Below, piece after piece: positions 1 to 7,202 of a stretch of DNA of 12,669 nucleotides. The translations under genes and the position numbers were made by a program. Where the stretch lies: contig JANNXQ010000086.1 in assembly GCA_031409655.1 (NCBI GenBank), positions 1 to 12,669 on the forward strand, written 5' to 3'. Within the stretch, counting starts at the first letter, position 1. The number at the start of each line of letters is the position of its first letter. Under the pieces are notes generated by a model. The model ran no database searches and was not told where the DNA came from. It worked only from the letters and a program-made list of their open reading frames with translations. Source of the stretch: Chthoniobacteraceae bacterium (GTDB lineage: Bacteria > Verrucomicrobiota > Verrucomicrobiia > Chthoniobacterales > Chthoniobacteraceae).

Positions 1-294
1 TTTCCCAATATCAGGAAAGCGTTTCCCAAGATCAGGAAACCTCTTCCCGATCTCACGACGCCGTCTCCCGAGATCAGGGAAGCGTTCCCTGTCATTGGCA
101 AGCCGCCCGGAGATACTCGGCTGTCCTTTCCAGACATCACCCAAGCCCTCCCCGACATCCGGGAGTCGCTCCGTGACATCGGGAAATCGCTCTCGGATAT
201 CACGAAGCGCCCGGCGAATATCATCAAGCCTCCCGCCGATCTTGGGATGCGCCGAAGCGATGTCTCGGTGCCTCTTCCCAATTCCGGCGCGTGA
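1..294. repeat. Degenerate 21-bp tandem array (~14 units, continues off the left edge); may also encode a heptad-repeat peptide
   Basis: Units such as TTTCCCAATATCAGGAAAGCG, TTTCCCAAGATCAGGAAACCT and CTCCCCGACATCCGGGAGTCG recur every 21 nt without indels. Frame +1 reads FPNIRKA-FPKIRKP-LPDLTTP-SPEIREA-FPVIGKP-...-LPDIRES-LRDIGKS to TGA at 292-294. Confidence 0.8.
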
Positions 295-323
295 CGCCGT
301 ATCGGGTGGACTCACTCGAGTCC

Positions 324-478
324 CAACGCCAAAGGCGTTCTGTCCTCCAGCCCAGCGAAGAGGCGGAGGGGAATAGAGAGGCTGGTAGGTGGGCGAGAAC
401 GTTGCCGCGAAGCATGAGCGGCTACCCTGGGAACCGATCGAAAACCGCGCCAACCCCAACGGGGTTGCGTCCGCGGCG
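324..478. repeat. Left REP-like hairpin cluster flanking the Y1 transposase
   Basis: Hairpins AACGCC-AAA-GGCGTT (325-339) and CAACCCC-AAC-GGGGTTG (451-467), each followed by GTCC. Inverted homology to 971-1067. Confidence 0.85.
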
Positions 479-491
479 GCGGTGCGCGCCT

Positions 492-947
492 TCAATCCCA
501 CACATATTTCTCATCCCACGCCTCGCCATGTTTGCGGAGGAATTCCCGGTATTCATCCTGAAAGGTCTGCCCGCGGTGATGCGCCTCCTGATTCTCGAGA
601 TACCGCACCACCTGCGGCACATTCGATTCGGAGACCGAGAAGGAGGCATATCCACCCTGCCAATGGAACTTACTCCACGGCCCGCCCCATTCGTGAATCC
701 AGTTGCAGGAGACCCGCTTCACCTCTTTCACAAAATCCGCGATGGCGATGGTCCGCGCGAGCGTGGTTAGTAAGTGGACGTGATCCGAAACGCCGCCGAT
801 CTGGATGGGCAGGCAATGCAACGCCTTCGCGCACCCGCCGAGATAAGCGTGAACCTCGGCGCGGAACTCGGGATTTTGCGGGAAGGCAAAACGATCCTTG
901 GTGGAAAAGATCGTGTGCAGGACGACGCGGGAGAGCGATTGCGGCAT
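492..947 (-). CDS. tnpA: IS200/IS605-family HUH Y1 transposase (REP-associated, RAYT-like), 151 aa
   Basis: HTIFSTKDR, HUH motif DHVH, WQGGYASFSVS and catalytic YxxxQ (RYLENQ). Start placed at MPQSLS (947) because the upstream extension runs through the REP hairpins. Confidence 0.93.
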   Translation of the reverse strand: MPQSLSRVVLHTIFSTKDRFAFPQNPEFRAEVHAYLGGCAKALHCLPIQIGGVSDHVHLLTTLARTIAIADFVKEVKRVSCNWIHEWGGPWSKFHWQGGYASFSVSESNVPQVVRYLENQEAHHRGQTFQDEYREFLRKHGEAWDEKYVWD

Positions 948-970
948 AGGCGCAAGCATGACGCCTCTCG

Positions 971-1067
971 CGCCGCGGACGCAACCGCTTCGCGGTTGGC
1001 CCGGCTTGCTCAGGAGACCCAAGGTTTTTCAAACCTTGGGCTGGAAGACGAAACGCCCTTGGCGTTG
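971..1067. repeat. Right REP-like hairpin cluster
   Basis: GGAC-G-CAACCGC-TTC-GCGGTTG, perfect stem CCCAAGGTTT-TTC-AAACCTTGGG (1018-1040), and AGAC-GA-AACGCC-CTT-GGCGTT. 971-1000 matches the reverse complement of 449-478 at 26/30; 1037-1067 matches that of 324-354 at 27/31. Confidence 0.85.
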
Positions 1068-1173
1068 CCAGGCAGCACGCCCGTTTTCCCGGCCAAGCTT
1101 TTTGAGCATGACTCCACAGCGAGATTTTCGCTCTGCCCCCATCCGTCGCATCGCCTCGCTCATGTCGTTTGGG

Positions 1174-1959
1174 CTAAGTGTTGAACGGCCAGCCCTCTTT
1201 CCTCGAAATCAAGGGGTTTTCACCCAGCGCGTCAAAAATTGCCCAGCTCTCGCACACAATTGAGATTTTTCGGAAAAAGACTGCGTCGGCTGTGAGTTTC
1301 CGATCCGCGTCATTGCGCTCTTTCAAGAATGCGACGGCGGATTCGAGTTCAATCACAGGAGCGTGCGAGTCTGAATACAACAGCAGATCACAAGTCGGAA
1401 AAACCCTTGCATACTTATCGGATAGCTTCTTTACCTTCTCGCCGATGCGATAAGCCATCAGGGCAGCCCATTGACGTTCCGGTTCCAAACCAATCCAGCC
1501 TTCCCCTATCCGTCGAGTCCCCGGGATGCTGAGTGCGGACGATGGATCGAATGGAAGATCGTCGTTTTCTACATTGAGGTAAGGGTCCAATTCAATGAAC
1601 GCCGAAGATTGCGCTCGAACAAGTGCATCAACGCTCCGTTGCAGGCGCCGAGTGGTTGCCCTACTCACCTCAAGGCCGGATTCGAAACCGTCCTCGACGA
1701 CTGCGAAGTCCGGTTCATTGAATCCTCCCGCGCGCCGGACAGTCAGGGGCCTCCTCACGGCCGCTACGTTGTGCGCGAAAAGCCATCGCAGATACAGCGT
1801 GAGGAAGTGCCGCTCCTGCTCTGCCTGGCTCTTCCGATAAGCGATGCTTGCTGGCCTCCATGCAAGCTGAGGAGCATCCGGAACACACTCGGCCTTACTG
1901 GCGAACCGGAGTGAATCCCCAAATTCTCCAAAAAACGGCTTCGGTTCAGAGGAGTTCAC
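1174..1959 (-). CDS. Hypothetical protein, possible PD-(D/E)xK restriction-endonuclease-like fold, 261 aa
   Basis: Long ORF whose GTG start overlaps the kinase stop (GTGA). Motif EPDFAVVEDGFESGLEVS resembles PD...(D/E)xK but has S in place of K. The ORF is solid; the fold is inference. Confidence 0.6.
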   Translation of the reverse strand: MNSSEPKPFFGEFGDSLRFASKAECVPDAPQLAWRPASIAYRKSQAEQERHFLTLYLRWLFAHNVAAVRRPLTVRRAGGFNEPDFAVVEDGFESGLEVSRATTRRLQRSVDALVRAQSSAFIELDPYLNVENDDLPFDPSSALSIPGTRRIGEGWIGLEPERQWAALMAYRIGEKVKKLSDKYARVFPTCDLLLYSDSHAPVIELESAVAFLKERNDADRKLTADAVFFRKISIVCESWAIFDALGENPLISRKEGWPFNT

Positions 1960-4256
1960 AATGTGAGCAATTCTGATTCAATGGCGAAAATCCGATCACC
2001 TTCAACCTTGAACTTATGGGCGGCTTCATTGTCGCCCGAGCGACTTGAAACAAATTCTGCCAAATCGTAAGCCTCTGCTTTCCATGGTGCTACCTCAATC
2101 AGGCGATTTGCCCACGCTTTCGCCTCGTCATAGTAGCAGGCGTTTACCAAAATCTGCGCAAGCGAGTGAATGGCGTCGAAGTCGTTCGGAACTCTTTTGA
2201 GACTCGCGTCGAGAATTCCGATTGCGATGGTCGTCTCTCCAACCCAATCTTCGACCTTCGCCAGATAGACTGGGTATTTTGGATTGCCTTCCTTCGTTTT
2301 CGCCGAACGAAAAAACTCGACAACCTCTCGGAAAACAATTCGTTCTCCATCTTCGATTTTGCCAATCATGCTCGCGCAGACGATGCGCATTTTGACCGCT
2401 TCAATATCCTCGATTATATCCGCCCACGTCAGTTGCGGTCTCCATTTATCAACAAACTCCACAGCAGCTTCATACAGCTTATCGCGCTCTAATACCGCGG
2501 CACCTCGGCCAACCGCTGTCTCCTTGATCTTAAGGGGACACGGACACTGGCAAACCATCTCATAATCCGCCATAGCGAGATCTCCGCGATTGAAGAAACG
2601 ATATGTGTCTCCGCGATTTAGAAGTAGCTCGGCGTGGTTGGGTTTCAGCATAAGCCCTTCGCTCGCCAGTTCCAGCGCGAGCTTCGCGTATTTAGCCGCG
2701 TTCGGCATGTCAGTAAACTTCAGACCATCCGCGATCGATTGAAGGGTGCCCGCAGAATCCTCCAGACTGTGTAGGTCACGGCGCATGGAAAGCAGCTTGA
2801 GACAGGTTTCAGCGGCCTCCGACTTTTGGCCAGTCAACAAAAGTGCAATCGACAAGTTACCGAGGAGATCGGGATCGTCTGGATAATAGCGGATGCCCCG
2901 GTTACAGACATCGAGAGCGTGCTTAGGCCGTTGTGCTCGCAACAGCGCGAGGGCGAAGTTGATGTAAAAGTTCGCTGATTTCCCACGAGATGGAGAAAGT
3001 TCCCCGAATATACGAATCGCCTCCTCTTGATCCTCTCCCATCGAAGACAAACAATAAGCTAAATTGGTCCCGGTTCCGTGCATAGGCCCCCACTCCGCTC
3101 GATCTGCTGTGTCGGGGAGATAAAAGCGCCGCAATATGTTGGCTGCTTCGCGAAAACGGCCTAACGCCATTAGCGAGTTCACTTCGGCGAAATAAGGAGC
3201 AGCGTCGATGACAACTAATGGTTTTCCCGGAAGCCGGATTGCATCCTTCGGCAATACTTCTGCGTCGCCTTGCCCAATAACAAAGCGATTATACCGGGTA
3301 CTAACAGTTGCTTTATCAACACTCAGTCGCCTACGCTTGGCGCCTTCTTCCAAAGCGTGCGCCAGCTTTTTATACGTCCGGTAACGTGCATCAGGAGTTT
3401 TTTCGAGGCAGCGGGCGATGATTGTTTCAATCCCAAGTTTCGTGGAACGCAACAGTCCCCCGAGCTTTGGAACGGCAACTCGCAGATGCTTGGAAGCAAT
3501 CTCGCCCACATCTTTGCCGAGGAACGGTGGTGAGCCAGTTTCCAATTCAAACATGATGCAACCGAGGCTGTAAATATCGGCCCGGTGATCTACATTGGCA
3601 CTACCGACAATCTGCTCTGGCGCAGCATAAAGAACGGTGCCAACAAAAGCGCCCAAGCGCGTCTTGTGGATTTCAGCCGGGCGCTCGTATCGACCCGGAT
3701 TTCCTAGATGCAGTTCGCTGAAAAGCTTGCTCACTGGTCGTGCGAGACCCCAGTCGGCGACATGCGCGAGCTGCTGATTGTCCAAGAGAATGTTCGCGGG
3801 TTTCAGGTCGCGATGAATAACGCCGAGGTTTTCGCGCACCCAATCCAAAGTTCTGACGATCCGCAAGAGATTCGTGAGACACACTTGGGGCGAGGTAGAT
3901 TTGATGGTTTTGGTCCAATCTCCGCCGTCGAACCATGTTGCGAGCACGGCAGGCATCTCGTTGATTTTAATCACTGCCAGAGCTTCTGCGACGCCCGTGC
4001 AGGCAGAAGCTGCCAGCCACACCCGCAGTTCCTCGACGAATCGCGCTGTGCTATTCGCATCGCTTACCAGCTCAGGAAGAGGCGACTTCAGCGCAAATTC
4101 TGCGCCTCCTTCTAATGCGCGTAGTCGAAGACACATTCCCATGCCTCCGGCGAAACAACCTAAGACCTCAAAAGTGTCCTGTTTTAATCCAAGTTGATCC
4201 GCTACTTCCGGTATGCGGACCTTCGATCCGGGCTGGGAGTAAAGAGGATGTAGCAT
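1956..4256 (-). CDS. Hanks-type Ser/Thr protein kinase with C-terminal TPR-like repeats, 766 aa
   Basis: GGMG loop, FALK, HRDLKPAN, DWG (DFG variant), GTVLYAAPEQ and DIYSLG. TPR-like helices follow (e.g. ALDVCNRGIRYYPDDPDLLGNL, EAKAWANRLIEVAPWKAEAY). No obvious transmembrane segment. Confidence 0.93.
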   Translation of the reverse strand: MLHPLYSQPGSKVRIPEVADQLGLKQDTFEVLGCFAGGMGMCLRLRALEGGAEFALKSPLPELVSDANSTARFVEELRVWLAASACTGVAEALAVIKINEMPAVLATWFDGGDWTKTIKSTSPQVCLTNLLRIVRTLDWVRENLGVIHRDLKPANILLDNQQLAHVADWGLARPVSKLFSELHLGNPGRYERPAEIHKTRLGAFVGTVLYAAPEQIVGSANVDHRADIYSLGCIMFELETGSPPFLGKDVGEIASKHLRVAVPKLGGLLRSTKLGIETIIARCLEKTPDARYRTYKKLAHALEEGAKRRRLSVDKATVSTRYNRFVIGQGDAEVLPKDAIRLPGKPLVVIDAAPYFAEVNSLMALGRFREAANILRRFYLPDTADRAEWGPMHGTGTNLAYCLSSMGEDQEEAIRIFGELSPSRGKSANFYINFALALLRAQRPKHALDVCNRGIRYYPDDPDLLGNLSIALLLTGQKSEAAETCLKLLSMRRDLHSLEDSAGTLQSIADGLKFTDMPNAAKYAKLALELASEGLMLKPNHAELLLNRGDTYRFFNRGDLAMADYEMVCQCPCPLKIKETAVGRGAAVLERDKLYEAAVEFVDKWRPQLTWADIIEDIEAVKMRIVCASMIGKIEDGERIVFREVVEFFRSAKTKEGNPKYPVYLAKVEDWVGETTIAIGILDASLKRVPNDFDAIHSLAQILVNACYYDEAKAWANRLIEVAPWKAEAYDLAEFVSSRSGDNEAAHKFKVEGDRIFAIESELLTL

Positions 4257-4363
4257 TCAGCTGGCGGGTTTCTTTTTCATCTCACGGCGAGATGGATGGG
4301 AGCGTGCCAAATCCTCCCAGCATGTCGAGCGAGGTTCGATGCAGCGAAGGGATTTTTCCCCGG

Positions 4364-4390
4364 TTGCCGCATGCGATACTCTTTCGCTAA
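4364..4390 (+). promoter_or_regulatory. 5' part of a sigma70-like promoter split by the IS (TTGCCG-N18-TAA|GGT)
   Basis: Removing the IS and one TAA copy restores TTGCCG-N18-TAAGGT just upstream of repeat copy 1. This parallels TTGCCG-N18-TAGGCT upstream of copy 3. Confidence 0.55.
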
Positions 4391-5291
4391 GAGGGCGTCT
4401 AAAAAGTAAGTGAAAGGCAGCGGATTCCAGAAATTACAGCTGTACATTTTTAACCATTTGGATTGGAAAGCTTGGGATGCCAACCCAAGAACCCTATCCC
4501 AGCAGCCTGAGCGACGCCGAATGGAAACTCATCGAGCCACTGATCCCCGGACCGAAGCTCCTCGGACGACCTCCGCGTTACTCCAAGCGAGCCATTCTCG
4601 ATGCCATCTTTTACACCGTGCGCAGTGGCTGCGCCTGGCGGCTTCTGCCTCACGATCTGCCGCCGTGGCGCATCGTTTATTATTACTTCATGATCTGGCG
4701 CCGCGACGGGCTCTGGCAGCGCATCCACGACACGCTGCGCGATCGGGTGCGCCTGCAGAGCGGAAAAAAAAAGCCCCGACCGCTGCGATCCTCGACTCTC
4801 AAAGTGTTAAAACAGCTAACCACGGAGGAGTGCGCGGCTTCGATGCAGGCAAGAAGGTGCTGGGACGAAAACGACACCTCCTGGTGGACACGCTGGGCTT
4901 GATCCTGCACGTGGTGGTGCATCCAGCCGACATTCAAGACCGGGACGGAGCGCGACTGGTCCTGCCAGTGCTCTTGCGCCGGTTTGGCTGGCTACGCTGT
5001 GTCTTTGTCGATGGAGGTTATGCCGGGGCGCTGGTGGCCTGGGTCAAGGCGTTGCTTCCCCGCCGTGGCTTGCGTCTGGAGGTCGTCAAACGCAACGAGG
5101 CCGATAAACATCGCTTCGCCGTCCTCCCCAAGCGCTGGATCGTCGAGCGCACCTTCGGATGGCTTTCCAAGTTCCGCCGTCTGGCCAAGGACTATGAGTA
5201 TCGCCCCGATAACAGCGAGGCCATCATTCTCATCGCCGCAACCCGCCTCATGCTTGCCAGATTGGCTTGAACTTACTTTTTAGACACCCTC
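4391..5291 (+). mobile_element. Complete IS5-family insertion sequence (IS1031-like), 901 bp
   Basis: 21-bp TIRs GAGGGCGTCTAAAAAGTAAGT (4391-4411) and ACTTACTTTTTAGACACCCTC (5271-5291) match at 20/21. TAA is duplicated at 4388-4390 and 5292-5294. Confidence 0.95.
4477..5270 (+). CDS. IS5-family DDE transposase joined by a -1 frameshift (~264 aa fusion)
   Basis: OrfA has YPSSLSDAEW and GCAWRLLPHDLPPW. OrfB (-1 frame) has ILDSQSVK, GRKRHLLVDTLG, VDGGY and RWIVERTFGWL. Slippery A9G tract at 4764-4773. Confidence 0.93.
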
Positions 5292-5303
5292 TAAGGTCAC
5301 GCG

Positions 5304-5501
5304 CTGTGCAATCGCTTCGTCCAGCAAGGCCGGGAAGTCCGACCGGGGCAACGCGCGCTGGTGCTCATGCGCGGTCCCGGAGGCGAATTCGAGGTGCCCT
5401 TTGACGAAGCCGTCTTCGGCGGTCCGGCTCGGAACGAGAGCCGCCACTACTGGATGCAGCGCGAGGGCGCGGAGCCGATGCTGCTACCGGGCATCGAGCG
5501 A
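5304..5501 (+). pseudogene. Repeat copy 1: 5' fragment of an SRAP-like gene (CTG at the ATG position), in frame with the downstream antitoxin
   Basis: Reads LCNRFVQQGREVRPGQRALVLMRG...PARNESRHYW. The 141-bp core (5335-5475) differs from copy 2 at 11 sites and from copy 3 at 10. The repeat is certain; the SRAP identity is inference. Confidence 0.7.
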
Positions 5502-5513
5502 AGAATTGGCGCA

Positions 5514-5542
5514 TTGCGAAGTGAAAACAGGGATGGCAACTT
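5514..5542 (+). promoter_or_regulatory. Putative promoter for a leaderless TA1 transcript
   Basis: TTGCGA-N17-CAACTT ends 7 nt before ATG 5550. Confidence 0.35.
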
Positions 5543-5549
5543 CCGAGGC

Positions 5550-5744
5550 ATGAGCACGAAGTTCATCGCACAACAACTGGCCGACTTACAGAAGCGCGTG
5601 GAGGCCCTCGAAATACAAGTGAAGCCTGCGCCAAAGGGGACGTGGCGGGACGCGATCGGCTTTGCCAAGGACGATGAGCTTTTTGACGAAGCCATGAGAT
5701 TGGGAGCCGAGTGGCGGGCAAAGGCGAATCGGGAGGGCCGATAG
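5550..5744 (+). CDS. Putative antitoxin of TA module 1, 64 aa
   Basis: Small ORF (MSTKFIAQQLADLQKRVEALE...WRDAIGFAKDDELFDEAMRLGAEWR) ending 4 nt before a PIN toxin gene. Confidence 0.75.
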   Translation: MSTKFIAQQLADLQKRVEALEIQVKPAPKGTWRDAIGFAKDDELFDEAMRLGAEWRAKANREGR

Positions 5745-5748
5745 CCCG

Positions 5749-6171
5749 ATGTTCGTCGTTCTCGACACGAATCACTTCCGGGAAGTGGCGCGTGGAGCGG
5801 ACTTGGCTGCTGCGATGGAGCGCCGCGCCGCGGAGGCGCGATTGGACCTTTTCCTCACGATCATCACCGTGCAGGAGGCCACCGGGGGTTGGCTGGCCCT
5901 GATCAACGGCATCACCGCGGGCAGGGAGCAAATCCGCGCCTACCAGCGATTTCAGGCCACGGTCGCAGCCTTCCAAAAATTCGACATTCTTCCCTTCGAC
6001 GAAGAGGCGGCAAACCACTTCCATCGTCTCCAAGGAGAGCGCGTGCGCATCGGCACGATGGATTTGAAAATTGCCTCGATCTGCCTCGCGCACGACGCCA
6101 CGCTGCTCACGCGCAATCTCGTAGACTTCGAGAAGGTGCCTGGCTTGCGCTTGGAGAACTGGCTGGATTGA
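5749..6171 (+). CDS. vapC: PIN-domain (VapC-family) toxin, 140 aa
   Basis: LDTN at the N-terminus, TVQE, GTMDLKIASI and LLTRNLVDFEKVPGLRLENW. Confidence 0.93.
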   Translation: MFVVLDTNHFREVARGADLAAAMERRAAEARLDLFLTIITVQEATGGWLALINGITAGREQIRAYQRFQATVAAFQKFDILPFDEEAANHFHRLQGERVRIGTMDLKIASICLAHDATLLTRNLVDFEKVPGLRLENWLD

Positions 6172-6174
6172 GCA

Positions 6175-6327
6175 AAGTCCGACCGGGGCAACGCGCGCTG
6201 GTGCTCCTGCGCGGCCCCGGAGGCGAATTCGAAGTGCCGTTTGAGGAATCCGTCTTCGTCGGTCCGGCGCGGAACGAGAGCCGCCACTCCTGGATCCAGC
6301 GCGAGGGAGCGGAGCAGGTGCCAGGAC
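6175..6327 (+). pseudogene. Repeat copy 2: internal fragment of the same SRAP-like gene
   Basis: Begins 3 nt after the vapC stop. Core 6175-6315 aligns without gaps to 5335-5475 and 7234-7374. Confidence 0.75.
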
Positions 6328-6413
6328 GTACAGAGGGCCGGGCAGTTGCTGCCGCGTGCGCCTTTTGGAAAATCGGAAGTGCGTTTTGCGACAAAGCAGT
6401 TAGGCTGGGGTGA

Positions 6414-6665
6414 ATGAGTTCACTCGCACTCGAGGTGGATCGCGCCTTGCAACAGCTGGATGCCGAAACCGCCGCGCGCCTCGAGCGGCTGGTGCGCGAT
6501 GCCCTGGCGCTGGTGAAGCCGTCCGAAACTTCGGCAAGGCCGGGCGCTCAGCGGTCGGAATGGCTGCAGCGACTGGATCGACTGCGCGCATCCGTGGGCA
6601 CGGGAAGGACGGGGACGCCGACCGAGGACATCCTCGACGACCTGCGCTCGGAACGCGGCGCATGA
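6414..6665 (+). CDS. Putative antitoxin of TA module 2, 83 aa
   Basis: ATGA overlap with the PIN gene and a VapB-like tail EDILDDLRSER. A -10-like TAGGCT (6401-6406) lies 7 nt before the ATG. Confidence 0.78.
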   Translation: MSSLALEVDRALQQLDAETAARLERLVRDALALVKPSETSARPGAQRSEWLQRLDRLRASVGTGRTGTPTEDILDDLRSERGA

Positions 6666-7102
6666 GCTACTGGGACACCTCCTGCCTCATCAAGCTCTCC
6701 ACGCCAGAGCCGGATTCGCCGGTCTTTCGCACCCATCTGGCCGGCCAGGCGACGTGCGTGAGCTGCGACATCGCGCCGCTGGAGTTTTGGGCCATCGTCC
6801 GCCGCAAGGAGACCGAGGGTGTGCTCGCCGCTGGCGAAGCGGAGACGGTGCAGACCGCCCTGGAGGCGGACCTCGCTGCGGGACTAATCTCCCAGGTGCC
6901 ATGCGATGCCGCGGTGCGGGCCAAGTTTCGCTCGCTGGTCGATCGCTGCCACGCCCACTCGCCACCGATCTACATTCGCACCAACGATGCGCTGCACCTG
7001 GCAGCAGCGACCGGCTATGGAGAAACGGAAGTCGTGGCCACGGACAAGCGCCTCCGCGACGCCGCGCTGCTGCTCGGCTTCGCGGTGTTTCCGCCGCCGT
7101 AG
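6662..7102 (+). CDS. vapC: PIN-domain (VapC-family) toxin, 146 aa
   Basis: MSYWDTSCLIKL, PLEFW, RTNDALHLAAA and VATDKRLRDAA. Start assigned at the ATGA overlap. Confidence 0.9.
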   Translation: MSYWDTSCLIKLSTPEPDSPVFRTHLAGQATCVSCDIAPLEFWAIVRRKETEGVLAAGEAETVQTALEADLAAGLISQVPCDAAVRAKFRSLVDRCHAHSPPIYIRTNDALHLAAATGYGETEVVATDKRLRDAALLLGFAVFPPP

Positions 7103-7162
7103 GCTGCCCCGGGGAAACAGGAAAACGGACAAAGCGACTGGCTCTATCTTCCCGGCTCCCCA

Positions 7163-7192
7163 TTGCCGCAAGAGGTCATCCGCAAGTAGGCT
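7163..7192 (+). promoter_or_regulatory. Putative sigma70-like promoter of repeat copy 3
   Basis: TTGCCG-N18-TAGGCT, 10 nt before ATG 7203. Confidence 0.5.
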
Positions 7193-7202
7193 GGCTCCCG
7201 CC

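Noticed and set aside
1..294. CRISPR array
   Set aside because: Units are contiguous and degenerate with no unique spacers, and there are no cas genes in the window.
356..366. 11-bp match CGAAGAGGCGG between the REP insert and vapC (6000-6010)
   Set aside because: Too short to distinguish from chance.
4257..4390. Remnant ORF ending TGA immediately before the kinase ATG
   Set aside because: Short, with no recognisable motifs and no supportable start.
4410..4760. N-terminal half of the 286-aa ORF 4410..5270
   Set aside because: Transposase motifs in this stretch are in the 4477 frame; the 4410 frame is meaningful only after the A9G site.
7103..7202. SOS/LexA box upstream of the SRAP-like copy
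   Set aside because: I found no TGTTC-N4-GAACA-like or other clear palindrome by eye.
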